The notes: generated by a model from the sequence alone, not told the origin. A stretch of 64,000 nucleotides of DNA from an uncultured Gammaproteobacteria bacterium (GCA_964639595.1 CAZXEC010000001.1:390903-454902), one strand, 5' to 3'. Positions 54,413 through 64,000 are shown, counted from the first letter of the stretch. Made by a program: numbers and translations.

Positions 54413-55486
54413 ATGCCTTTTTCTAAAATTGATGGTGTTTTAACACTCTGCGCAGTTTTTTTATCGCTGTTTGGGCTGGCCATGATTGGGTCTGTGGCGC
54501 CGAGTTTATTCTTACAACAACTGGCATTTTTTGGTGTCGGGTTTTTGTTATATTTATTATTCTCTTCTTTCGACTACCGAATTTTTCGCCATTTGGCGCC
54601 GTTGCTTTATTTGATGACCATGCTGTTTTTGATTTTTACTTATTTTTGGGGATTGACCGCCAGAGGATCAGTGAGATGGTTAACAATCGCAGATTTTAGA
54701 TTGCAACCCTCGGAGATAGCTAAAGTGGTATTGATAATAACCGCGTGCTCCCTGTTGTTGAAGTTTAGAAAAAATTTTCCTGTGGCGCTAATCTTGTCCC
54801 TGACTGCAATGCTCTTACCCATGTTACTAGTTTTTCTGCAGCCAGATCTTGGATCAAGCATGGTGATTGCGTCTATCTGGTTGAGTATTATCCTGGCATT
54901 TGGGGTACCAAAAAAGTATTTGATGATGGGAATATTAGGACTGGCATTAGTCATTCCCATTTCTTGGAATGTGCTTCATGATTATCAAAAACAGCGACTG
55001 GTTACGTTTGTTAATCCCTATCTTGATCCGCTTGGTTCAGGATATCACGCTATCCAATCGACTATCGCAGTAGGGTCTGGGCAATTTTGGGGTAAGGGTT
55101 TTGGCAAAGGTACTCAAAGCCACCTGCAATTTTTACCTGAACAATACACTGATTTTATATTTGCCACTTTAGCTGAAGAATTCGGCTTTGTGGGGTCGAT
55201 GATTATAGTGGCACTGTTTACGATTTTATGTTTAAGGCTAATTTTTATTGCCCAACACGCGCCGGATTTATTTGGCTGCCTAATAGTGGTTGGGGTTTTG
55301 GTAATGATTTTGGTACAGACTGTAGTTAATATTGGCATGAATGTCGGCTTATTACCAATAACCGGTATTACTCTGCCTTTGGTGTCGTACGGCGGCAGCT
55401 CTTTGATATCAACCCTGATTGCCCTGGGGATAGCCTCATCAGTAGCAGTCAGGTCAAAATCGATTCGCTGGCAAGGGAAAAGCTAA
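54413..55486 (+). CDS. rodA: SEDS protein RodA
   Basis: GSVRW, LQPSE, QPDLG, DPLGSGYH, LPEQYTDFIF, LPLVSYGGSS. Confidence 0.93.
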   Translation: MPFSKIDGVLTLCAVFLSLFGLAMIGSVAPSLFLQQLAFFGVGFLLYLLFSSFDYRIFRHLAPLLYLMTMLFLIFTYFWGLTARGSVRWLTIADFRLQPSEIAKVVLIITACSLLLKFRKNFPVALILSLTAMLLPMLLVFLQPDLGSSMVIASIWLSIILAFGVPKKYLMMGILGLALVIPISWNVLHDYQKQRLVTFVNPYLDPLGSGYHAIQSTIAVGSGQFWGKGFGKGTQSHLQFLPEQYTDFIFATLAEEFGFVGSMIIVALFTILCLRLIFIAQHAPDLFGCLIVVGVLVMILVQTVVNIGMNVGLLPITGITLPLVSYGGSSLISTLIALGIASSVAVRSKSIRWQGKS

Positions 55487-55508
55487 GCTGTCGCAAGGAA
55501 CAGTCACG

Positions 55509-55538
55509 TTGACTTGACCAGCCCCAATAACGTAAAAT
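55509..55538 (+). promoter_or_regulatory. rplU leaderless promoter
   Basis: TTGACT-18 nt-TAAAAT, ATG 7 nt downstream. Confidence 0.6.
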
Positions 55539-55545
55539 CAAGCCC

Positions 55546-55920
55546 ATGGAATATGCCATTGTTGAAGCTGCCGGAAAGCAATATCGAGTTCAAAAGGGGG
55601 ATCTGGTGGTGCTTGATAGCCAAAACCAGGCAGTAGGATCAAAGATAGTTTTTGATAAGGTATTACTGTGGGTAAACAACAGTAATGCCTTGATTGGCCA
55701 GCCGTACCTTGATGGTGTCCAGGTCGTGGCAAGTGTCCAGAAAGAGCAAAAAGGCACCAAAATCAGAGTTGCCAAATTTAGGGCCAAATCAAACTACCGG
55801 CGCCTTCATGGCCACCGCCAACTGGAAACCCTGTTGAAAATAGAAGACATCAAATCTAGCGCTAGCTCTCAAACCAAAACCGCTAAACCACCAACCAAAT
55901 CCAGGAAGAAAAGTGCCTAG
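55546..55920 (+). CDS. rplU: 50S ribosomal protein L21
   Basis: YAIVEAAGKQYRV, GHRQ. Confidence 0.96.
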   Translation: MEYAIVEAAGKQYRVQKGDLVVLDSQNQAVGSKIVFDKVLLWVNNSNALIGQPYLDGVQVVASVQKEQKGTKIRVAKFRAKSNYRRLHGHRQLETLLKIEDIKSSASSQTKTAKPPTKSRKKSA

Positions 55921-57088
55921 ATACATTTTTATATCTGGTAATACACCCACACTTTCCCAAGCAGAACAAGAAGCCATCTTGTCGTTTGATGGCATAGACT
56001 ATAAAGCAACCCACTTTAGTAATTTTTCTCTAGTTGAGGTTGTCAACCAATTAAATGTCAAAAATTTAATATTACGACTTGGTGGTACAGTTAAAATTGG
56101 TCAAGTGCTGTATGATCGGGATGATACCAGCCTACAAGATAAGATTATGCAAATTATTGTTGAGGATCTGATAAGTCAAGGAAAAAACAGTAAACGGTTG
56201 GTGTTCGGTGTTAGTGTCTTAACACCTAGTTACCAAAATTATCAGAAAAAGATTTGCCAAGGTGTTAAAGAATTACTTGAAGAAGATAGGATCTCTTCCC
56301 GTTATATTTTGGGTAAAAGTGCCCTACTGTCCAGTGTGGTAGTAGTAAAACAGCAAGTTTGTGAGTACCTGGTGGTGCTAGAGCCCCTGGTGATTGCCAA
56401 AACAGTAGCAGTCCAGGATTTTGCAGACTGGTCAAAAAGAGATTGGGGCAGACCAGCTGTTAGGCCTAAAACCGGTATGTTGCCGCCCAAGGTTGCCAGG
56501 ATGATGGTAAATATCGGAGTGGGCCAATTCAGAGCTCTGGGCTCTGGGCCAGTACTATACGATCCTTTTTGCGGTTGCGGAACTATCTTAAATGAATCTC
56601 GCGCCTTAGGCTATCAGTTTTTTGGATCAGATATAGATGTCAATTCAGTTACTTCAGCCAAAAAAAATTTAGATTGGCTTGAAACCAGCTATAAATTAGA
56701 CAAAACCGGCAGTCAGGCTATCTTCGTTCATGATGCAACCAAGCCATTTCCTAAGCTTGCTCCCGCGCCTGTTATTACAGTAACAGAAGGAGATCTGGGG
56801 CCACCCCAGCGACAAATCATGTCGCATGGCCATACCATTGAGTTGCTTAGCCGGCTTAATGAGATGTATGCAAAATATCTGATCAATCAATCTAAAACCT
56901 TGCCACAAGTCCAAGTGGTGGTTTTGGCTCTGCCGATGATTGTTGATCGAGACGGTCATACTCACCATCTTGAGTTGGTTGACAATTGTGAAAAGTTTGG
57001 TTATACTCTGCATGAAACTTTTAAATATTCACGACCAAGAGCTTTTATTAAAAGAGAAATAGCTGTACTTATAAAAAAAGAAGTTTAA
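55913..57088 (+). CDS. Trm11/UPF0020-like RNA methyltransferase
   Basis: [29 protein letters not shown]. Confidence 0.8.
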   Translation: MPRYIFISGNTPTLSQAEQEAILSFDGIDYKATHFSNFSLVEVVNQLNVKNLILRLGGTVKIGQVLYDRDDTSLQDKIMQIIVEDLISQGKNSKRLVFGVSVLTPSYQNYQKKICQGVKELLEEDRISSRYILGKSALLSSVVVVKQQVCEYLVVLEPLVIAKTVAVQDFADWSKRDWGRPAVRPKTGMLPPKVARMMVNIGVGQFRALGSGPVLYDPFCGCGTILNESRALGYQFFGSDIDVNSVTSAKKNLDWLETSYKLDKTGSQAIFVHDATKPFPKLAPAPVITVTEGDLGPPQRQIMSHGHTIELLSRLNEMYAKYLINQSKTLPQVQVVVLALPMIVDRDGHTHHLELVDNCEKFGYTLHETFKYSRPRAFIKREIAVLIKKEV

Positions 57089-57090
57089 TT

Positions 57091-57336
57091 ATGGCTCATA
57101 TTAAAGCAGGAGGAGTTGCCAGAGGGAATAAAGATTCCCAGTCTAAACGTTTAGGCGTTAAAAGGTACGATGGCCAAAAAGTGATTTCCGGCAATATTAT
57201 TGTCAGACAGCGTGGCACTAAAATTCACCCGGGACAGGGCGTGGGAATAGGCAAAGACTACACGATTTTTTCCTTAAAACAAGGTGTAGTGAAATTTGGT
57301 TTGAGAAAAGGTAATAAAATAGTCAGCGTTATCTAA
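57091..57336 (+). CDS. rpmA: 50S ribosomal protein L27
   Basis: [27 protein letters not shown]. Confidence 0.97.
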   Translation: MAHIKAGGVARGNKDSQSKRLGVKRYDGQKVISGNIIVRQRGTKIHPGQGVGIGKDYTIFSLKQGVVKFGLRKGNKIVSVI

Positions 57337-57338
57337 TT

Positions 57339-58244
57339 ATGGACGACAATACCACTCAACTGGACACTGATCTGCTCCAACCAAATCCTCTCCAGCCTCG
57401 CGGCCTAATTAGCCCGGACTCTTTAGCGGAACTGGCAGCTTCCATCCGTGAACACGGTATACTGGAGCCTTTGGTGGTGGCCAAGACTCCTGCTGGCTTC
57501 CAAATCATTGCAGGCGAGAGGAGGTGGAGAGCGGCAAAACTAGCTGGCCTCAAACAAGTGCCGGTGGTTGTCAGAGAAACATCTCCCCAGGGAATGTTGG
57601 AGATGGCTATTGTGGAAAATGTCCAAAGGATTGATCTAAACCCTCTGGAAAGGGCCCAAGCGTATAAAAGACTAATGGATGAATTTGGATTAACCAATAG
57701 TGAAATTGCCCGTCGAGTTAGCAAAAGCGCTCCATTTATATCCAATAGCATTAGGCTGTTAACCTTGCCTGATGCTCTAAAAGATGGCCTATTGTCAGGG
57801 ATGACAACAGAAGGCCATATTAGAGCTTTGGCAGCCATTGAGGACCCGGCGTTGATGATTGAGGCGTATAAAGTCTGCTTAAGGGAAAATCTATCTGTTA
57901 GAGGGGCAGAGGAGCTAGCAAGAAAAGTTAAAGCATCCGGAGTGGTCACTACTGATAAGGTGGATGCAGCCAAACCGCGTAAAACCGTGGCTGAAATAAA
58001 CCAAGAAGGGTTGACGGTGTTGGAAAAGGAAATAGAGAATATCTTGTTGAAAAAGGTCAAAAAAGTCAGTGTCAAAATTACCCAATCCAGAATTCAAGCG
58101 AGGGTACTCATTTTAATAAATGGCAAGCGTGACATCACCATGCCATTAGTGCAAGAACTCTATGAGGCCATGGCCAAAATGGGAGATGAGGTAAAATCTA
58201 GATCGGCTACAGCTGATAGTGTTGGATTGACTGCCAGCGAGTAA
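57339..58244 (+). CDS. parB: ParB/Spo0J partition protein
   Basis: PNPLQPR, IIAGERRWRAA, ENVQRIDLNPLE, HTH. Confidence 0.93.
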   Translation: MDDNTTQLDTDLLQPNPLQPRGLISPDSLAELAASIREHGILEPLVVAKTPAGFQIIAGERRWRAAKLAGLKQVPVVVRETSPQGMLEMAIVENVQRIDLNPLERAQAYKRLMDEFGLTNSEIARRVSKSAPFISNSIRLLTLPDALKDGLLSGMTTEGHIRALAAIEDPALMIEAYKVCLRENLSVRGAEELARKVKASGVVTTDKVDAAKPRKTVAEINQEGLTVLEKEIENILLKKVKKVSVKITQSRIQARVLILINGKRDITMPLVQELYEAMAKMGDEVKSRSATADSVGLTASE

Positions 58245-58764
58245 TTGGCCAATAGATCACAAAAGCCTTGCCGACAATACTTTTTTTGGAAACTGCACCC
58301 CAGCTTCTGGAATCACTGCTGACACTTCTGTTGTCTCCCATAACAAAATACTCATCTTGGCCTAACGATACTGTTGAATTGTCTTTCAAAAAGGTACTGC
58401 CGTTACTAGTTTTATCGGACAAATACGGCTCATGAAATAGCTGGTTGTTAATGTAAACCGCTCCACCCTGTAAAGTTATAGTTTCATAAGGGAGACCGAT
58501 TACTCTTTTAATAAAGTCTCTCTTTTCAGGATCATGCGGGGCATGAAAGACAACTATGTCTCCCCGATTGATAGGGTTAAATGCATAAGATATCTTGTCC
58601 GTTAATATGACATCATCATGTAGTAGCGTAGGTTGCATAGACGGCCCATCTACTTTGTGAGGCCTGGCGATAAAAGCAATTATTATCACCAAAATGACTA
58701 AGGAAATAGCAATAGTCTCTACCACGTCGAGAAAAAAATCAGTAAAATTATGCCAAGCAGACAT
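58207..58764 (-). CDS. lepB: Signal peptidase I
   Basis: GPSMQPTL, FIKRVIGLP, GDNRSVSSDSR; start ATG 58764, 6 nt after TATACT. Confidence 0.94.
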   Translation of the reverse strand: MSAWHNFTDFFLDVVETIAISLVILVIIIAFIARPHKVDGPSMQPTLLHDDVILTDKISYAFNPINRGDIVVFHAPHDPEKRDFIKRVIGLPYETITLQGGAVYINNQLFHEPYLSDKTSNGSTFLKDNSTVSLGQDEYFVMGDNRSVSSDSRSWGAVSKKSIVGKAFVIYWPITRWQSIQHYQL

Positions 58765-58860
58765 GTCCCCAGTATAAATGAAGCTCAATTGCCAGACAAG
58801 TCTGAATATTGGTAAAATAGGCCCATTGCTGCTGGTTATAAAAAACCATTGGCAATATCT

Positions 58861-58935
58861 GGACAAGTAGCTCAGTTGGTCAAGAGCGTCGCATTCACAT
58901 TGCGAAGGTCACAGGTTCGAATCCTGTCTTGTCCA
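58861..58935 (+). tRNA. tRNA-Val (anticodon CAC), CCA not encoded
   Basis: Acceptor GGACAAG/CTTGTCC, D arm GCTC/GAGC, anticodon stem TCGCA/TGCGA with loop TTCACAT, T loop TTCGAAT. Confidence 0.95.
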
Positions 58936-58962
58936 CATTTTTAATAAGCCTGCCTTCAAGAG

Positions 58963-59868
58963 ATGTCTCATCAGATGTCAAAATTAGCTAAAATATTTAT
59001 TATCATACTTAGTTGGAATGGCAAGGATGATACGCTCACCTGCCTCGCATCATTATCAAAAATAAATCAGGATGGTATTAAAGCACATATAGTAGTGGTA
59101 GACAACGGCTCAAGTGACGGCTCGGCGAGAGTCATCAAAAAACAATTTCCCCAAGTTATTCTTTGCCAAAATAAAACTAATTTAGGTTTTGGCGCCGGAG
59201 CCAATCAAGGAGCAAAATTTGCTCTGGATAATGGGGCAGATTTTTTGCTGTTTTTGAATAATGACACCACAGTTGAGAAGGATTTTTTAATAAAACTGTG
59301 GGAATTTTGTGTAGCTTGCCAAAAAGAGGTGGTTTCACCCTACATTTATTACCACAATAGTCGTCAGCTGTGGTACTGTGGCGGTAGGGTGGTTTGGCCG
59401 ATTGCTAGAATTGAGCCAATAAAATGTTCCATGAGAGATAATTTTTACCCAGCCGAATTATTATCAGCCTGCTGTCTGCTGGTATCAAAAAAAGCTTGGC
59501 AGATGGTGGGTGAATTTGATGAAAGGTATTTTTTTGGTCTGGAAGATGCTGATTGGTGTTTGAGGGCCAAGCAAAAAGGAATTTCTTTGTGGGTCAATCC
59601 GAGATCTAAGATATGGCATAAAGTATCAGCATCAGTTGGCGGCAAAAATAGCCCCTTGGCGATTTATTATTTGCTAAGGAACAATCTTATTTTTATCAAA
59701 GATTATTATCCCGCCTATTTTGCCCTTCCATATTTATATGTGTTGCTCTTAGGAGCCAAAATCGCCACCAAAATGCCCCAAGTAGCAATTATTAAAGCTA
59801 TTTGGTGGGCTTGGACAGATTTTTTTGGTGGGAAATCATCTAGTTTTAGGCATGACTTTAATGAATAA
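58963..59868 (+). CDS. GT2 family glycosyltransferase
   Basis: IILSWNG, VVDNGSSDGS, FLNNDT, LEDADWCLR. Confidence 0.92.
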   Translation: MSHQMSKLAKIFIIILSWNGKDDTLTCLASLSKINQDGIKAHIVVVDNGSSDGSARVIKKQFPQVILCQNKTNLGFGAGANQGAKFALDNGADFLLFLNNDTTVEKDFLIKLWEFCVACQKEVVSPYIYYHNSRQLWYCGGRVVWPIARIEPIKCSMRDNFYPAELLSACCLLVSKKAWQMVGEFDERYFFGLEDADWCLRAKQKGISLWVNPRSKIWHKVSASVGGKNSPLAIYYLLRNNLIFIKDYYPAYFALPYLYVLLLGAKIATKMPQVAIIKAIWWAWTDFFGGKSSSFRHDFNE

Positions 59869-61000
59869 AAAAACCATACTTTTTATTGACCATGCGCCAT
59901 TTGTGGGCGGTGCCCAAAAAATATTGCTGGCCCATATTAAACAGCTAGTGGCAGATGGTTATTTGCCAATTGTTGTACTTGGACCAAACCCTTATTTGGA
60001 AAAAAAGTATACTGAACTGGGAGTTTGCTTAACTGTGGTTCAATTTAATAAATTAAAGAAATTCTCACCCACTGCAGTTTTTTATTTAGTCGACGGACTT
60101 CGGAAAATCGCCAAAATAGCACGAGCAGATAGGGTCGACTTGATATGTACCAATACTGTCAGGACTCATATTATGGGGTCTATTGCGGCCAAATTAGCCG
60201 GCAAGAAGATAATCTGGTTGTTGAGGGATTACACTTTTCCTGTCAATCTAGTCAGGATACTTAGTAACATTGTAGACTATTCCATATGCGTTTCCGCTTC
60301 AATTGCTACTTACTATTTTGGTTCAAACTGGCAAGCCAGACCAGTTGAAGTTGTTCATGTAGCCAGCGATATTAAAAACGAGCTAGCTAAGGTTACCCAA
60401 GAGGCTATTGAAAAAGAAAAGCAAGCATTAGGTATTGGCAGTGATGATTTTGTGATTGGTTATGTTGGCAGGCTGATTAAATGGAAAGGAGCGCAAGTAT
60501 TGGTTAAAGCTGCCAGAATTTTAATTGAACAACACAAAAAGATTAAAGTGATAATTGCCGGTAGTGATGATGGCCAGGGTGAGCAGTGGCAAGCTTACTT
60601 AGAAAGACTCATAAATGAAAATAACTTAAGCCAGTACGTTAAATTAGTGGGCTGGCAGGAAAATGTAGCGTTGATTTATAAATGTCTTGATTGTTTTGTT
60701 TTGACCTCTATTGAGAGAGAACCTTATGCCACTTCCGCAATTGAAGCCATGATGGCCAAGGTGCCTGTAGTAGGCACAAATATTGGTGGAACTAGTGAGG
60801 CGATCCATAATTATCAGACCGGATTGCTTATTAACCCAAACGATGCCCGCCAATTAGCAAAGGCCATTGACTTTATTGCCAAAAATAAAAATAAAGCTGC
60901 CCAAATGGCCCAAAAAGCCTATGATCAGGTGATAAAATACAATCAGGAGAGCTATGCCACCGAACGTTTACTGGGTATTTATAAAAGAGTTTTAGCATGA
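59861..61000 (+). CDS. GT4 family glycosyltransferase
   Basis: VGGAQK, VGRLIKWKG, EPYATSAIEAM. Confidence 0.9.
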   Translation: MNKKTILFIDHAPFVGGAQKILLAHIKQLVADGYLPIVVLGPNPYLEKKYTELGVCLTVVQFNKLKKFSPTAVFYLVDGLRKIAKIARADRVDLICTNTVRTHIMGSIAAKLAGKKIIWLLRDYTFPVNLVRILSNIVDYSICVSASIATYYFGSNWQARPVEVVHVASDIKNELAKVTQEAIEKEKQALGIGSDDFVIGYVGRLIKWKGAQVLVKAARILIEQHKKIKVIIAGSDDGQGEQWQAYLERLINENNLSQYVKLVGWQENVALIYKCLDCFVLTSIEREPYATSAIEAMMAKVPVVGTNIGGTSEAIHNYQTGLLINPNDARQLAKAIDFIAKNKNKAAQMAQKAYDQVIKYNQESYATERLLGIYKRVLA

Positions 61001-62238
61001 ATTTTATCAAGGTGCCATCTGCAAAATCAATCATCCAAAAGCTGATACTATTAAATTTATTAGCTTTAGCAGCAGGACAAATCTTAAAACTCCCAACAGG
61101 TTCCAATTCCATTAGCATCTATTTTCATGATATTTCACTAGTAGTCCTGTGGTTTTTTTATCTGGTAACTGCCAGGAAAAATCCCTTCAGCACCTCAACT
61201 CCTTTAACAAAGCCCATCATCATATTTATAGCAACCATGCTTCTTTCATTGGTTGCCAGCCTATTTATTTATCAGCCATCTGAAGTTGTAGTGGGATTTT
61301 TCTACTTGGTCAGGTTTATCTTATATACTGGATTATTTTTCATAACTTATTCATACCTTGATAATAGATTTTCCAGCATACTACAAGATTTTGTGGTCAT
61401 TGCTGCTTTAGTGGTAGCTGTACTTGGGCTCTTACAATTAATTTTTATTCCAGATTTTACTTTTATGGCTCAATTTGGCTGGGATCCGCATTATGGCAGA
61501 ATGGTTTCAACTTTTTTTGACCCGAATTTTAGCGGTGGACTCTTGAGCTTAATTTTTATTCCCACCATGGCGATGTTTTTGACTGCAAAAAGCAACAGAC
61601 TGGCCATCCTTTTATCTTTAGTAATAATTTATACAGCCCTATCCCAGACCTATTCCCGTTCATCATATCTAGCCTTTTCTTTTTCAATGGTAATCTTTTC
61701 TTATATCTTAAAATCATGGAAAGTGGCCCTAGCAAGCCTTATAATGATTGTTTCTTTGCTTGCTTTGACCTTTCCCAGACAGCAATTGGAAACAAACAGA
61801 GGGATTGATCGGCAAGTTAGCGCCAGAGCCAGATTATCTTCCTGGCAGCAGGGTTTGACAATAGTCAGAGATTATCCGATTCTAGGGATAGGATTTAATA
61901 ATTATCGGCTGGCGCAAAAACACTACGGCTTTTTATCAGCAGCAGAAATTGACAGGCATTCCGGATCAGGCAATGATTCAGGATTAATGTTTGTTTTAGC
62001 AACAGGCGGCATAGTTGGTTTTTTAGCATACGCTTACCTGTTGTTTAGTATTTTTAAATTATGCTTTATGGGACTGCCAAATAACATATTAAAATTGGCT
62101 GTTGGTTGCGGCTTGGTAGGTTTACTTGTCCATGGCCAGTTTGTTAATTCTATGTTCTTCGTCCCGATTGTGGGAGTAATTTGGTTGCTTTTGGCTCAAG
62201 TCGCGTATTATAAAGAAAGCAATGGTAGACTCAAGTAG
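60997..62238 (+). CDS. O-antigen ligase-like (Wzy_C) membrane protein
   Basis: RMVSTFFDPNF, TYSRSS, YPILGIGFNNY. Confidence 0.85.
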   Translation: MNFIKVPSAKSIIQKLILLNLLALAAGQILKLPTGSNSISIYFHDISLVVLWFFYLVTARKNPFSTSTPLTKPIIIFIATMLLSLVASLFIYQPSEVVVGFFYLVRFILYTGLFFITYSYLDNRFSSILQDFVVIAALVVAVLGLLQLIFIPDFTFMAQFGWDPHYGRMVSTFFDPNFSGGLLSLIFIPTMAMFLTAKSNRLAILLSLVIIYTALSQTYSRSSYLAFSFSMVIFSYILKSWKVALASLIMIVSLLALTFPRQQLETNRGIDRQVSARARLSSWQQGLTIVRDYPILGIGFNNYRLAQKHYGFLSAAEIDRHSGSGNDSGLMFVLATGGIVGFLAYAYLLFSIFKLCFMGLPNNILKLAVGCGLVGLLVHGQFVNSMFFVPIVGVIWLLLAQVAYYKESNGRLK

Positions 62239-63322
62239 AACCGGCAAGCGGTTAATAACTCTTTTTGTTACTTGGAAAACGACTTTATTTTTAGTGTCTG
62301 CCTGCGCTATTTTACTATCACAAAACTCCAAAGCGTTCAATCATTTTTTTGACTATTGGCTGATGTGGGATGGCCTGCATTATTGGCAAATTACCAAAGA
62401 TGGCTACACCTCATTACAAGAGACCGCCTTTTTCCCATTACTACCCTTGCTTACCAAAGCTTTATATACCATTTTCCCATTTGGCAATATCCTATTTTGG
62501 GGCTTGGTGCTAGTCAGCTTATCAACTGTTGGCCTGGTTGTTGTTTTTTACAGGTTGATACGTCTCGATTATGAGGAAGATATAGCTTTCAGAAGCTTGG
62601 TGTTATTATTAACTTTCCCTTCAGCTCTTTTTTTGAGCGCCTTTTACACAGAAAGTTTATTTTTATTCTTGACAGTTTCCAGTTTTTATCTAGCTCGGCA
62701 AAAACACTGGTTTTGGGCCAGTTTTGTTTGTGCTCTGGTTACTGCCACCCGGCCCATTGGCATAGTTTTGGCAGTGGCGTTAATTGTGGAATATCTGATG
62801 TCTGTTAAATTTAGACTAAAAAGAAAAAATTATTCCTGGCTGTGGTTGCTGGTTGCTCCTCTGGGTTTGGTGGCATATAGTAGTTATCTAACTTTCGCCT
62901 TTAAGAACCCCCTGGCTTTTTTTATAGTTCAATCAGATTGGCAAAGAGGTTTGTCAGACTATCCCTGGCAAATAATTTATCAAGATATTATCCAAATTTT
63001 TCAAATGAACCCGCCCGCCCCATTCCTGTTATCAAAACTGGCGGATTTTATCTCCAGTATCTTGTTTTTAGCTTTGCTGGTGCCGGTATTTAGGAAATTA
63101 AGGCTGTCTTATTTTATTTATGCTTACGGTGTGCTGATGGTACCCTTGCTGACTGGAGTTACCACCAGCATGTTTAGGTTTGTGTTGGCTGCCTTTCCGA
63201 TGTTTATCATTGGCGGAATTTTGGCAAAAGACGAACTCTTTTATACCGGGATGTTACTGGTAAACATCTCGCTTTTGGTTATTTTTACCGTGCTTTTTAT
63301 CAGTGGCTATTGGGTAGCTTGA
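62222..63322 (+). CDS. GT-C mannosyltransferase, PIG-V/GT76-like
   Basis: WDGLHYWQI..GY, AFFPLLP, FYTESLF, TRPIG. Confidence 0.82.
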   Translation: MVDSSRTGKRLITLFVTWKTTLFLVSACAILLSQNSKAFNHFFDYWLMWDGLHYWQITKDGYTSLQETAFFPLLPLLTKALYTIFPFGNILFWGLVLVSLSTVGLVVVFYRLIRLDYEEDIAFRSLVLLLTFPSALFLSAFYTESLFLFLTVSSFYLARQKHWFWASFVCALVTATRPIGIVLAVALIVEYLMSVKFRLKRKNYSWLWLLVAPLGLVAYSSYLTFAFKNPLAFFIVQSDWQRGLSDYPWQIIYQDIIQIFQMNPPAPFLLSKLADFISSILFLALLVPVFRKLRLSYFIYAYGVLMVPLLTGVTTSMFRFVLAAFPMFIIGGILAKDELFYTGMLLVNISLLVIFTVLFISGYWVA

Positions 63323-63325
63323 GTT

Positions 63326-64000
63326 TTAAGGATTATAAACAACAGTTCTTTCATGGACTGTCTTATTGCCGGCATCATCAGCAGCAGTGATGCTAATTTT
63401 ATTTTCTCCTTGTGCCAGCTTCAAATTATAGCTGAATGTACCATCAGAGAGTAATGTCGCCCAAAAGCCGCCAACGGTGACTTGGGTGGCTCCTTCGGCT
63501 TTTCCAAACACCTGAATTTCTGATGTTGATCCGGAGAACGTTGACCCCTCGGCTGGTGTATTAACGATGATCTTGGGAGCTTTATTTTTAAGCATGATGG
63601 TGGCAGTGGGAGATGGCTGGCTAGTTTCTCCCTTGTCGTTTGTGGCAATAGCGTTAATTCTGTTTTCTCCCTCCTGTAATGTCAAGTTGGGGAATTCAAA
63701 ATTGTTATCCTTGGCGACCAGCTTTTTACCCACTGTTTGACCGTTTAAGAATAATTCTACGTTAGAGCCGGGGGTGGCAAATCCATAAATTGTAATTTGG
63801 GCGCTATTGGTAGCATTGGGCAGGCTATCTAGTCTTGGCGGGAATAAGGGTAGGTTATTGGTGATCGGCGTCTGCCTGCCGCCTCTTAAAATATCCCAGG
63901 CATCGGCGATCCCCACCAGTAATCTAATCCCCCAGTTCAATATCACAAACAGCAACAGAAGTGATAAAATGGTGCTGATAAGAATACGCTTATAGATGCG
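63326..64000 (-). CDS. Membrane-anchored protein with tandem Ig-like domains (5'-truncated by window edge)
   Basis: Frame open to 64000; TM helix then two L.EGENxI..A.D..GN repeats. Confidence 0.8.
   Translation of the reverse strand, partial: RIYKRILISTILSLLLLFVILNWGIRLLVGIADAWDILRGGRQTPITNNLPLFPPRLDSLPNATNSAQITIYGFATPGSNVELFLNGQTVGKKLVAKDNNFEFPNLTLQEGENRINAIATNDKGETSQPSPTATIMLKNKAPKIIVNTPAEGSTFSGSTSEIQVFGKAEGATQVTVGGFWATLLSDGTFSYNLKLAQGENKISITAADDAGNKTVHERTVVYNP

Noticed and set aside
57356-58075. 239-aa antisense ORF over parB
   Set aside because: Shadow frame, Ser/Ala-rich, no recognisable domain.
55487-58860. parS site near parB
   Set aside because: No match to the TGTTTCACGTGAAACA consensus noticed by eye; a motif scan would be needed to exclude degenerate sites.
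58861-58990. Prophage or integrative element at tRNA-Val
   Set aside because: No integrase, phage genes or duplicated tRNA 3' end seen within the window.

Overview
Chromosomal DNA of a small-genome Candidate Phyla Radiation (Patescibacteria) bacterium, most consistent with Microgenomates. This is inferred from gene content and protein style; the genetic code is standard, with TGA as stop. Order in the window: (1) a ~14.8 kb cell-surface glycan locus (GT4/GT2 glycosyltransferases, O-acetyltransferase, O-antigen-ligase-like and ArnT/PMT-like GT-C proteins, ManC, priming sugar-phosphate transferase, DUF4012-like protein); (2) recO-glyQS plus two accessory genes; (3) a ~32 kb expanded division/cell-wall (dcw) cluster from mraZ to ftsZ. 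It has absorbed a split GlmU, a three-gene ATP-citrate-lyase-type module, glmS, a DEDD exonuclease, a murF-hydrolase-DegT-femAB cassette, a toxin-antitoxin-like pair and a candidate ~70-nt small RNA; (4) a REP-associated tyrosine transposase (RAYT) flanked by palindromes with an identical core; (5) ileS (GVHH variant), rodA, rplU-methyltransferase-rpmA-parB, lepB, tRNA-Val(CAC); (6) a second glycan locus and a partial Ig-like protein. Structure not explained by the gene calls: dispersed 7-nt-periodic repeat arrays at gene junctions and in-frame inside enzymes, short in-frame palindromes, and pervasive leaderless promoter architecture. All calls come from reading motifs by eye; no database searches were run.
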